A stretch of DNA of 64,000 nucleotides from NCBI GenBank assembly GCA_047456305.1, contig CP179888.1, forward strand, positions 445,307-509,306, written 5' to 3'. Below are positions 8,865 through 17,455 of the stretch, piece after piece (position 1 is the first letter of the stretch; each line of letters starts with the position of its first letter). A model generated the notes under the pieces. That model worked only from the letters and a program-made list of their open reading frames with translations, searched no databases and was not told the DNA's origin. The DNA is from Candidatus Nealsonbacteria bacterium. Lineage in GTDB: Bacteria > Patescibacteriota > Minisyncoccia > Minisyncoccales > CAZKCU01. The translations under genes were made by a program, and so were the position numbers.

Positions 8865-10157
8865 ATGATAGAAAAAAAAGAAAATAGAAGTTCATCAAGT
8901 TCCTCATCAAGCTCAAGTTCCAGTGGTTCAATTCAAGAATTAAAAGAAGAATTAAAGAGAACCAAAGAAGAATTAGAAAGAATCAAAATTGAAAAAAAAG
9001 GCAAAGAGGTTGGAGGAGTGCTTTCTAAAAAATTCCACAAACCTATAAGACAGATAGCTAAAACAGGAAAGATGACCTATCGGGAAAAAGAGAAAACGAA
9101 GGAGGGCAAGCTCTACAAAGAGAGAAAATTCTCAATAAGCAGAGAGAAGAGTTTGACTTTGAGCTTTCCTGTTTTTAATTTAGAAAAACTGAAATTAAAA
9201 AATCCTAATTTAGATGTTGATGGACAGCGAGCTATATTTTGGATAACCGGACAAATGAAAAGGCAAAAAACCATAGCACCAGTTTTTACAAAAGAAGAAT
9301 TTTTGAGGGGGCTTGGTTTCTCTAAAAAACAGATAAGGCAGGGCGGTTATTATTCTGACAAAGCGTCTGACATTCTTCAAAACTTGTGGGACAACGAATA
9401 TGTTTTTGAAGATGAAAAAGGAATGATTCTACAATTAAGAATTCTGAAAGCTATAAAAAGACCAAAAGGAAAAGGCAAGAAAGGGGACTTGATAAAGTTA
9501 GGGGTGAATGATTTAATCGTCCCTCAACTGGTGATAGCTGGGACTTTAGACCCGAAGCTCTTGGCAAAAAGTCCCTATGTTTCTTATCCCGCCAAAATCT
9601 ATCAGGACAGAAGTTTGAGAGATGACGAGTTCAAGTTTTTGATTTATCTGTGCGGGATACAGGGGTTTGACAAATTCTATTCCATAAAAGCGACAAGCAT
9701 TCTAAAAGAAGCCGGCTGTTCAACAAAAACAGAAGCAAGAAAAAAAGACCGCAGGGAAATGCTTAATCGTCTTTTAGAGAAGGCAAAGGCAAAGGAACTC
9801 ATACAGGGTTGGAAGGTTGAAAAGGAGGATCAGGGTTTTGAAGAATGGAGGGTTGTATTGAGCTTGCCACCGCGAAAGAGAAAGCAACTGCCACAATCCG
9901 AGCTAAACAAAGAAGCGAATGAGCTTATAGAGGAAATCTTAAGGTGGGTTAAGCAGTGGGAAAAGATTGAGGGATATGAAATAACTTTTTCTGAAAAAGA
10001 AAGAAGGAAGTTCTTGGGCGATTGCGTAAAAAGATTAGGCATAGAAAGGGTGGAAGAGCTGTTTGACATAGAGAGGCAATCGCTTTACCCCAACGCTCTA
10101 CAATTTTTAACACAAGAGCTGTCTGCTGAATTACAGATAAAAGGATTGGATTATTGA
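8865..10157 (+). CDS. candidate replication initiator (Rep) of the element
   Basis: 430-aa orphan ORF with poly-Ser and coiled-coil N-terminus; its stop overlaps the first of five iterons. No family recognised by eye. Confidence 0.4.
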   Translation: MIEKKENRSSSSSSSSSSSSGSIQELKEELKRTKEELERIKIEKKGKEVGGVLSKKFHKPIRQIAKTGKMTYREKEKTKEGKLYKERKFSISREKSLTLSFPVFNLEKLKLKNPNLDVDGQRAIFWITGQMKRQKTIAPVFTKEEFLRGLGFSKKQIRQGGYYSDKASDILQNLWDNEYVFEDEKGMILQLRILKAIKRPKGKGKKGDLIKLGVNDLIVPQLVIAGTLDPKLLAKSPYVSYPAKIYQDRSLRDDEFKFLIYLCGIQGFDKFYSIKATSILKEAGCSTKTEARKKDRREMLNRLLEKAKAKELIQGWKVEKEDQGFEEWRVVLSLPPRKRKQLPQSELNKEANELIEEILRWVKQWEKIEGYEITFSEKERRKFLGDCVKRLGIERVEELFDIERQSLYPNALQFLTQELSAELQIKGLDY

Positions 10158-10331
10158 TGATTTGGTCAGGAATTGTTGATGATCTGGTCAAAATTATTGA
10201 TGATTTGGTCAAAATTATTGATGATTTGGTCAGGATTTTTGCCTCCTGATTTTTGGAAAAAATAAGGATATTTTCCAGATTTTGTTCTTAAAAATAGTGG
10301 AAATATGCCAAAATTACTGATGATTTGGTCA
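10153..10331 (+). repeat. iteron array (5 direct copies of RTTGATGATYTGGTCA)
   Basis: copies at 10153, 10175, 10196, 10217 (21-22 bp spacing) and 10316; followed by AT-rich DNA with AAGTATAAA and GAACGAACG duplications. Confidence 0.8.
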
Positions 10332-10628
10332 GAGAAAAAACAGCAGACCAAAGGAAAGTATAAAGTAAAGTATAAAAAACTTTACAAAGTTTATTAAAGT
10401 TTTTGTTTTATTTTTTTAAAAGCGAACGAACGGGCTTATAAGAAACGAACGAGGCAACAAAGATAGTTAGCTAAAAATTCCGAAAACCCTATATGAATCA
10501 TAAAGAGTTTTCTTCCGATGTCGGAAAATACAAACAAAAAAAAAGCTGTTCTTACAAACAGCACAAAAAAACACTTTTTTTAGTTTTAATGCTTAATTTC
10601 TTTTTAACACGATTTTAAAAAAGGTCAA

Positions 10629-10644
10629 GTGAACCCAGGTTCAC
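10629..10644. promoter_or_regulatory. palindromic operator-like site GTGAACC-ca-GGTTCAC
   Basis: 15 nt identical to 14595-14609; sits just upstream of the PC4-like gene promoter. Confidence 0.45.
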
Positions 10645-10685
10645 AACTCTTGACCCTTCTTGTCAAGAGTATAGAATTAAAATCA

Positions 10686-10922
10686 ATGCCTGAAAATAAC
10701 AAGGAAAAAGTCGTTGGAGAGATAGCCAAAAATTCCCTTGAGAAAGTGATTATTTCGCTTCGTGAGTATCGGGAAAGGCAGTTGGTAGACATTCGCACTT
10801 ATTATCAGAATGACAAAGGCGAATGGCTTCCTACCAAGAAGGGAATTAGCTTGAATTCCGAGAATTATCCCGAGCTGAAACAAGGAGTTTTGGCTTTAGA
10901 GGAAGCAATTAAAGATTTTTAA
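10686..10922 (+). CDS. PC4/p15-like (YdbC-like) ssDNA-binding protein
   Basis: SLREYRERQLVDIRTYYQNDKGEWLPTKKGISL matches the PC4 family core. Start moved to the ATG at 10686, which follows a TTGACC-16-TAGAAT promoter. Confidence 0.6.
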   Translation: MPENNKEKVVGEIAKNSLEKVIISLREYRERQLVDIRTYYQNDKGEWLPTKKGISLNSENYPELKQGVLALEEAIKDF

Positions 10923-10925
10923 CTT

Positions 10926-11102
10926 ATGCGAATTTTTAAGACCAAAACGCCACCGGTAAAAGTTGAAAAAGAGGAAATAAAAAAGCCCCAACACAAGAGC
11001 GCATTTTTCTTTGTTGACCGATATTATCGCCAGAAAGAGTTTGAAGAAATGTTGGAAAAGGACATAGATGCGAAGGCGTTTTTTGGAGATAGTAAGTTTT
11101 AA
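10926..11102 (+). CDS. hypothetical 58-aa protein
   Basis: hand-translated MRIFKTKTPPVKVEKEE...; starts 3 nt after the upstream stop. Confidence 0.3.
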   Translation: MRIFKTKTPPVKVEKEEIKKPQHKSAFFFVDRYYRQKEFEEMLEKDIDAKAFFGDSKF

Positions 11103-11114
11103 TCTTGCGTTTTT

Positions 11115-11309
11115 ATGGCAAAATTTTTAATAACAATTCTTATCTTGATTCTGCTTTTTCTCTGGTTTTACTTTATGGCACAAAAGAAGAAAGAGCCAGA
11201 AACAAAAAAACAAGTTTTTCATTCTGAAGCTGAACGAAAATTTTTCCAAGTTCCGAGTGAGGAGGAGCTGGAACAAAGAGAAGAACAAGAAAAAAAGAAA
11301 ACTATTTAA
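11115..11309 (+). CDS. hypothetical small membrane protein
   Basis: ORF track; one N-terminal TM helix and an acidic tail. Confidence 0.4.
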   Translation: MAKFLITILILILLFLWFYFMAQKKKEPETKKQVFHSEAERKFFQVPSEEELEQREEQEKKKTI

Positions 11310-11345
11310 AAGGTCGCAGGAAACAATAAAATCGTCAAACTAATT

Positions 11346-11522
11346 ATGCCAACAATTAAGGAATTATTAGAACAAATCAAGGATAAAGCTGACGAAGTTG
11401 AAGAAAAACTGGAGGGAAAATACCCCCCACAAGGATACCCGACACCTCCGAAGGGCTATAAGCCACCAAAAGACGAGGTTGAAAAAGATGACGAAGAGGA
11501 AGAAGAGGAATCAGAAGAATAA
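11346..11522 (+). CDS. hypothetical 58-aa acidic protein
   Basis: hand-translated MPTIKELLEQIKDKADEVEEKLEGKYPPQGYPTPPKGYKPPKDEVEKDDEEEEEESEE; AAAAGGTCG motif ~30 nt upstream. Confidence 0.3.
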   Translation: MPTIKELLEQIKDKADEVEEKLEGKYPPQGYPTPPKGYKPPKDEVEKDDEEEEEESEE

Positions 11523-11574
11523 ATAAAAAAGAGATTCTAAAAGGTTGAATAATTAAAAATTAAGTTTTAAAAAA

Positions 11575-12063
11575 ATGGGAACATTCGTAAATTTTAGAAC
11601 CGAAAAAGACCCCGAAGAAAAATCTTTAGCACACCATTTAAAAATGGGAAAAAAGCGACAAGGCACTTCTCCTCCAGAGGAGCTTTACAAATTGGAAAAT
11701 CACCGAGAGGAAAAAAAAGTTGAACAAGCAAAAAATTTTGACCAGATAATAAATTCCCAAATGGGAGTCAGATTTGGGCAAGATGAGAAAATTTATCACA
11801 ATTTGTCAGAACTGAAAGTTGATCAAAAACTGAAAAGGGATTTTGGACTTTCCGAATTTGATGATAGCAATGAAGTGGAATTATCTGATTCCGAAGAAAA
11901 AATTGATGAGCAAAAATTTGAAAGGCAAACTGGTTTCAATTTGGCAGAATTAGAAGAAGATGAGCAACAAAAACAAAACTTGATGGAGGATTTTCAAGAA
12001 TTAGAAGACGAAAAGTTATGGGGTTCGCCAAGCGATTTGGAGGTTGAATTTGAAGAGGGATAA
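11575..12063 (+). CDS. hypothetical acidic protein
   Basis: ORF track; AAAAGGTTG motif upstream. It contains one inverted iteron-like TGACCAGAT sequence. Confidence 0.45.
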   Translation: MGTFVNFRTEKDPEEKSLAHHLKMGKKRQGTSPPEELYKLENHREEKKVEQAKNFDQIINSQMGVRFGQDEKIYHNLSELKVDQKLKRDFGLSEFDDSNEVELSDSEEKIDEQKFERQTGFNLAELEEDEQQKQNLMEDFQELEDEKLWGSPSDLEVEFEEG

Positions 12064-12080
12064 GAATTCAATGAGAGAGT

Positions 12081-12109
12081 TTGAAAAGCAGTTAAAATTC
12101 GCCTATAAA
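12081..12109 (+). promoter_or_regulatory. sigma-70-like promoter at the start of the ORF-free region
   Basis: TTGAAA, 17 nt spacer, TATAAA. Confidence 0.45.
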
Positions 12110-12115
12110 TAATAT

Positions 12116-12546
12116 ATCAATCCTTAAGAATTAAATTATACCCGGTTCAATCGCTGTTTCTAACTCTCGCCCGAGTTAAAAGCTAAAGAATTTCACCCAA
12201 GCTTTAAGTTTGGGTGAGAGTTGGAGGCAGTTTTGAGAGCCAGATGTTTTGACAGGGGGTTGGGTTTGACCACCTCTTCAAAATTGTCCTTTTACTCTGG
12301 CTTTCTAAACTGCCACGCGCAACTCACCAAAACAAAGTCCCATTCAAAAAATGGGGCTTTCTTCCTATTTCCCCTGACGGGAAATAATTGATTTATTCCC
12401 CATCACGGGAAATGGGCTTTCTTCCTCAAAGGGGACACCCGGGTGGCTTCAAAAACACTTCTCAAGCCATTTTAAGGCACTTCTGGGCTTATTTTAAGGA
12501 AGAAAGGATACAATCCCCGAGAAGCCCCTTTAAAAGGGCTTTTTAT
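12116..12546 (+). ncRNA. candidate ~430-nt structured non-coding RNA of the element
   Basis: no ORF on either strand; end-to-end pairing UCCUUAA(12121)/UUAAGGA(12495); long imperfect helix 12218-12243/12297-12325; several local hairpins; weak terminator at 12522-12546. Confidence 0.35.
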
Positions 12547-13190
12547 ATATAGAAACATAATTTAAAAGACCTGTATCAGACAGAGGTTGACAAACCAATG
12601 TAAAAGTGTGCTTATATTTGGTATTGGCTGACTAACATTACATAGAGGAGGACGGGGAGTTTCATTATTTAATTCTCTGTTTTTTTTATGGCTTTTGTTT
12701 TAAATGTCTATTCCTTGTAAGCTACGAACTATTGAATACAGCACAAAAACAAAAGATGTTTTTGGCTTGTTTCTGGTCTTTGTTTCTCGGCATTTGAGAT
12801 TGGCGTTTCTGGGCTTCGGGTCGTGGCTATGAGCTTTCACTTAATATCCTTTGTTTTTAAATATCAATAGCTCTGTGCTCTGTGCTTTGGTATCCCTGTT
12901 ATTTGCCTTTTAGTATTATTAAGCGCCAAAAAAAAACAAGCTTGGCGGATACAAAAGAGCCCATTTTATTATTGGGCTTAACTGCTCAACCCACTTAACA
13001 GCTCATACTCAATTTGTTCTTAACGAATGAATGCGCGAAATTGCTCAATAAAATGTTTTTTGAAAAATCCTGATTTTTGAAAACAAGGTTCAAAAGTTTT
13101 TTAAGAATTAAATTCAAATGGTGGAACTATGTTTCAAAAATGGTCTGTATTTTAGCCCTGAAAGTTATCCACAATTAAGCTCATTTGTGC

Positions 13191-13219
13191 TTGACAGAGT
13201 GCTTGGCTTTTGCTAAAAT
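13191..13219 (+). promoter_or_regulatory. near-consensus sigma-70 promoter
   Basis: TTGACA, 17 nt spacer, TAAAAT; preceded by TTATCCACAATTA at 13165-13177. Confidence 0.55.
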
Positions 13220-13374
13220 AGAGGTGTAAAGAGAGTTCATTTTAAAGGTCTATTTCAACAGCTTGCGAGATTTTTATTTTGGTATATTATTAAAATTGGT
13301 GGTTCTTCATTGAATCGCTAAAGTCCCTCGTTCTGCTCGCAAGCTGTCGGGGGGCTTTTAATTAAAATAAAACT

Positions 13375-13524
13375 ATGACTATTTCAGATTTCGTAAAAGA
13401 TTTAAAAAACGAAGGACTAAACAGAAAGGAGGCATTGGAGATTTTTGAAAGCTGGCTTGACGAGAATATCGGACTTGTCTTAAGAGATGAGGCGATCAAG
13501 TTATTTGAAAAACACTATGAGTAA
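13375..13524 (+). CDS. hypothetical 49-aa protein
   Basis: hand-translated MTISDFVKDLKNEGLNRKEALEIFESWLDENIGLVLRDEAIKLFEKHYE. A 36-aa hydrophobic ORF (13517-13627) overlaps its end. Confidence 0.3.
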   Translation: MTISDFVKDLKNEGLNRKEALEIFESWLDENIGLVLRDEAIKLFEKHYE

Positions 13525-13715
13525 AAAAATCCTTTATTGGGTCGGTCTGATTTTACTGGCAATGATTATCTTTCCCTTTTTCTACGGCTTCATCTACCTG
13601 TTTCTGTTGGCTGATTTAATTATTTAGTCCCTTCACTCCGTCAGCACCTTTGGTGCTGATCGGTGAGAGGATTAAAACTTAATGGCTGATGTCAGGGTCA
13701 GCACTTTAAAAAGCT

Positions 13716-13916
13716 ATGGCTAAAATAAACATTTACTTTCAGGATTTAAATGAAAATGCCCAACAGGAGGTATGGCAAGCTGTAAAAGAAGAATTAGAGG
13801 AAGATATTAAAAATGAGATTGAGTTTCAACCTGATTTAGATCCTCAAACTATTAAATCTGAAACGATTGAAAATCATATAAACTGCCACAATTTTGCCAA
13901 CGAGTTTGTAATATAA
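13716..13916 (+). CDS. hypothetical acidic 66-aa protein
   Basis: ORF track. Confidence 0.4.
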   Translation: MAKINIYFQDLNENAQQEVWQAVKEELEEDIKNEIEFQPDLDPQTIKSETIENHINCHNFANEFVI

Positions 13917-13991
13917 CCAATCAATTCAGCCCTTCAATATCCTGATATTTGGAGGTCTGAAATTGCTTGATTATCAGCTAACAAAAGAACT

Positions 13992-14198
13992 ATGCTAATT
14001 TTCTATACCCAAGTTTCAAATCCCGATAGCGAAAAAAAGAAAAGGTTTTTGAGAATGAAACAAGCCATAGCACGGGAGTTTAAAAGAATGAAAAAGTTTG
14101 ATGAAAAAATGGTAAGCTTGGGACATAAGAAACCGGAAAAACTGATTATGAAATGCGGGCAGAACTTTCTGGCAATCCACCAGTTTAGGAGCGCATAA
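13992..14198 (+). CDS. hypothetical basic 68-aa protein
   Basis: ORF track; Lys/Arg-rich. Confidence 0.35.
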   Translation: MLIFYTQVSNPDSEKKKRFLRMKQAIAREFKRMKKFDEKMVSLGHKKPEKLIMKCGQNFLAIHQFRSA

Positions 14199-14594
14199 TT
14201 TTGCCAATTCTTTTTGGGTCGGTGAGCTTTGAATTCTTGAAGGAGCTTATCTGTTTTAAAAAAACAGAGGAGAAAATCAAAGCGAACCGATGAGGTATGA
14301 GGATTTAGACGGAGGCAAAAATGAAAAAGGGGTTTAGCAAAAGTTAGACCTACCGAACCATAGGAACAGAGGGATATTCTTTCAAGAAAAAACTAACTAT
14401 CCCAAAGCTCTTAATCCGATTGATACATAATTTTTGTTTCAAATCTTTCCAGTAGTATTTGCCGAAGTTTAAAGAGCTGTATCTCTAATAATGGTAAGAT
14501 CCATTCCGAGTAGTCGGTCAAACTATGCTTTTACAATTTCAAGAGTTGGGAGAGCAAAAGAGTTTTTGTTAGTTTTTGCTCTTTTGCTGTCCTT

Positions 14595-14610
14595 GTGAAC
14601 CCAGGTTCAA
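14595..14610. promoter_or_regulatory. second copy of the GTGAACCCAGGTTCA operator-like site
   Basis: 15-nt identity with 10629-10643; ~135 bp upstream of the HTH gene promoter. Confidence 0.45.
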
Positions 14611-14743
14611 TTATCACTATTGACCGACCAAAACCCCATTTTTAAGGATTTAGCCCAAAAACAACGCACCAGATTGCGTTTTAAGAGGATTTGAGGGCTG
14701 GGCGGTGGTTTGATACCCGGTTGCCTGCCTTGATTTTGGGGGC

Positions 14744-14771
14744 TTGACACTATCTCTTGACTTGATAGAAT
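14744..14771 (+). promoter_or_regulatory. sigma-70-like promoter giving a probably leaderless HTH mRNA
   Basis: TTGACA, 16 nt spacer, TAGAAT, ending 6 nt before the ATG at 14778. Confidence 0.5.
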
Positions 14772-14777
14772 GAAATA

Positions 14778-14954
14778 ATGAAAGAAAATATAAAACGAAA
14801 AAAGAAGATTTTGGAATTAAGGGTGAAGGGTTATCAGTTGAAAGAGATCGGGGAAGCTCTTGGAATCTCAAAGCAGAGGGTTCACCAGATTATTAGGCAG
14901 TTTCAAAAAGACCAGCACGATTTGAGGCGCTTAAAACGGAAGAAGATATTATGA
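14778..14954 (+). CDS. 58-aa HTH regulator (sigma-70 region-4/LuxR-like)
   Basis: hand-translated MKENIKRKKKILELRVKGYQLKEIGEALGISKQRVHQIIRQFQKDQHDLRRLKRKKIL. Confidence 0.55.
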   Translation: MKENIKRKKKILELRVKGYQLKEIGEALGISKQRVHQIIRQFQKDQHDLRRLKRKKIL

Positions 14955-15101
14955 CAAAAAAAAAGCCCCCCAGCAGAGAGGAGAGCTAATTGAAAATAGT
15001 TTAATTTAAGCTAATCCAACTCAAAGAAAAATAAGTCAATAAAAATAAAGTCAAAAAATAGTAATTTAATTCACACTTTTATTTTACAAATTTTAAAAAC
15101 T

Positions 15102-16073
15102 ATGTCAAACAAATCTTTAATAATTCCTACAAGTTCAATCAATAATGACCTGATAAATCCTGATGCTTTTAAAAATCAGGAAATCTTGAGTATTGTCATT
15201 GATCCAAAAAAGACCTTCAATTACTTGGACATTTCCTCCGGAAGCCGGGCTGACTACAAATACCGGTTAGGTTTGTTTCTCAACTTTATGAGAAATAAGT
15301 CATTGAGTTTGAATTGCCTGTTGGAATACAAAAGGTATTTGAAGAACTTGATAAATTACAGCACCGCTACAAAAAACCATTACCTCCTTGTGGGCTTGAA
15401 GCTCCTGCGCGAATATCACAGGCAGGGAATTTTAAAAAGAGATATAACTTCCAACATAGAACTTTTTAAAGAAGAAAAGAATAAAATGAAGGTTGAGGAA
15501 TTTAATGAGCAAGAGATGACCAAAATCCTGAATGCCTTAAAGGAATTGCCGAACACAAAAGAGAATAGTCGCCTGAAAGCGATGATGAGCTTGCTGATAT
15601 TTCAGGGCTTGAGATTGATAGAGCTGACAAGGATTGATTACCCTGCTGATGTTGATTTTGGAAATAAAATCATTCAAATTCAAGGAAAGGGTAAGGAATA
15701 CAAACAACCGGTAGATTTACACCCCAAAACTATTGCCGAGCTGAAAAAGTATGTTTCAACCAATGGAATTAAAAGCGGGTCATTGTTCTTTTGTAAGAGC
15801 AACCGCAACCTCCACCAGAAAATAACCACCTCTGGAATTAGGAAGATTATCAAGAAATTTTTGAAGAGTTTGGGAATAGACAGGAATATCCACGCATTCA
15901 GGCACTCCTTTTGCGGTATGCTGGCTCTCAACAAAAACCTGACTACGCTTGATATGGCGCAGTTCTCACGACACTCAAATCCTGCTCAATTACAGGCGTA
16001 TATTGACAGAAGAAAATTCAAATCCAAAATTCCCGAATTCTATAAATGCTTTAGAGGGTGGAATATGAGATGA
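15102..16073 (+). CDS. tyrosine recombinase / integrase (XerC/D-like)
   Basis: GLRLIEL (Arg), HAFRHSF (His-x-x-Arg) and RHSNPAQLQAY (His...Tyr) catalytic motifs. Confidence 0.85.
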   Translation: MSNKSLIIPTSSINNDLINPDAFKNQEILSIVIDPKKTFNYLDISSGSRADYKYRLGLFLNFMRNKSLSLNCLLEYKRYLKNLINYSTATKNHYLLVGLKLLREYHRQGILKRDITSNIELFKEEKNKMKVEEFNEQEMTKILNALKELPNTKENSRLKAMMSLLIFQGLRLIELTRIDYPADVDFGNKIIQIQGKGKEYKQPVDLHPKTIAELKKYVSTNGIKSGSLFFCKSNRNLHQKITTSGIRKIIKKFLKSLGIDRNIHAFRHSFCGMLALNKNLTTLDMAQFSRHSNPAQLQAYIDRRKFKSKIPEFYKCFRGWNMR

Positions 16074-16126
16074 TTGAACCAAGTTCACTTAAAAGGTCGT
16101 TTAATCAAAATTAACTAACTAATAAA

Positions 16127-16489
16127 ATGAAAGAAGAAAAAGAGATTTTACAAGAGATATTAAAATTAGAAAAGGAAGAAAAAGAAGTTGATGAAAAAAT
16201 GGAAAGTGGAAGAGTTGAAAAATTGAATATATTAAAAGGAAAATTAAATGCTTTAAGGTGGGCATTGGGAACAGGTTTTCCTACCATAGACCCATATAAG
16301 GGAATGAAAACAAACAAACAGGTCAGCCACAAAATCAAGGAAATGTCAGCAATGAAGTTCCAGATTGAACCTCTTGAATGTATGAAAGATGCCCTTCGCT
16401 GGGTTTTAGGAGAAACAGATGAAACATATTTTTTTAATGATTGGTTCAAGGAACAACTGAAAGTAGCTGAAAGGGAAAAGGATAATTAA
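16127..16489 (+). CDS. hypothetical coiled-coil protein
   Basis: ORF track; internal repeat ALRWALG / ALRWVLGE; AAAAGGTCG motif 27 nt upstream. Confidence 0.5.
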   Translation: MKEEKEILQEILKLEKEEKEVDEKMESGRVEKLNILKGKLNALRWALGTGFPTIDPYKGMKTNKQVSHKIKEMSAMKFQIEPLECMKDALRWVLGETDETYFFNDWFKEQLKVAEREKDN

Positions 16490-16583
16490 CTTTTACTGAA
16501 TTCCTGATCTGGAAATCGGGGGTTCAGATAAGAGCTGATTTTAAAAGGTCGCAAGAAAATAAAAATTAAAATAAAATTATATT

Positions 16584-16772
16584 ATGGTTAAAGAATTAGA
16601 CAAGCGAAGATTAGAACTTTTGAATTCTTTAAATGAATATTTTTTGAATAACAAAGGAGAATTGAAGGTGTTGATAAATTTTCTTGATGAATCAGCAACG
16701 GGGTGGCGGGATACTCCCTCACCGCTTTTAGAAACCTTGGTTGCTCTGGCAAAGGGATTGGAGTTAAAATAG
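16584..16772 (+). CDS. hypothetical 62-aa protein
   Basis: ORF track; AAAAGGTCG motif 33 nt upstream. Confidence 0.4.
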   Translation: MVKELDKRRLELLNSLNEYFLNNKGELKVLINFLDESATGWRDTPSPLLETLVALAKGLELK

Positions 16773-16825
16773 AGGTAGAGATAAAATTTCAAAGGTCGTT
16801 TAATAAATTAAAATAAAATAAAATT

Positions 16826-17455
16826 ATGGGAACAGAAGAAGAAAAGAAAAAAATTGAGGAAGAAGAAAGAATACGAGCAGAAGCAAGGGTTAAGGCAGAA
16901 AAAGAGCTTAAGCAAAAAGAACAAAAGAAAAAGGGTATAGGTTGTTTGGTTGTTTTAGGGCTTATTATACTTTTTGTCGTTATTATTTCTATCGGTGGCA
17001 AAGAGGATAAAAAAGCAGAACCTACCTTAACCGAACCTCCTGCTAAATCAGAACCAGTACCTCTTACTCCTGAACAAAAACTGGAATCGGCTTATATCCA
17101 ATCTTTCACAGCGATCAACAAAAATGTCGTTGAGGCATCAAATTCTTTAGGTAATCTGGTTGGAGTTAAATCTCCTATCTTATGGACAGAAGAAGAAATA
17201 ATGCTGGTGGCATTCTCAACCGTAATGCTTGAAGAATCCTACACACAGGCGAAAGAGCTTGAACCTCCCGAAAAGTTTGAAGCCGTCCATTCCCTTTTCC
17301 TATCCGGATTGTCCAAATATGCCGAAGCTATGCCACTTTTGAGAGATGGCATAGATTATTCCAATGCTGATAAAATCAACCAATCAACCGATCTTCTTAT
17401 TGAAGGAGTGAAATTTTACGAACAAGCCACAGAGAAATTAAAACTTCTTCAATAA
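16826..17455 (+). CDS. hypothetical membrane-anchored protein
   Basis: ORF track; charged N-terminus, one TM helix, extracytoplasmic domain; AAAGGTCG motif upstream. Confidence 0.5.
   Translation: MGTEEEKKKIEEEERIRAEARVKAEKELKQKEQKKKGIGCLVVLGLIILFVVIISIGGKEDKKAEPTLTEPPAKSEPVPLTPEQKLESAYIQSFTAINKNVVEASNSLGNLVGVKSPILWTEEEIMLVAFSTVMLEESYTQAKELEPPEKFEAVHSLFLSGLSKYAEAMPLLRDGIDYSNADKINQSTDLLIEGVKFYEQATEKLKLLQ

Noticed and set aside
8886-8925. Poly-Ser-encoding tract at the start of the Rep-like ORF as a repeat element
   Set aside because: It is a simple codon-level low-complexity run inside an ORF, with no copies elsewhere.
12587-12618. A second promoter (TTGACA ... TTATAT) inside the ORF-free region
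   Set aside because: The spacer would be 19-20 nt, too long to call with confidence.
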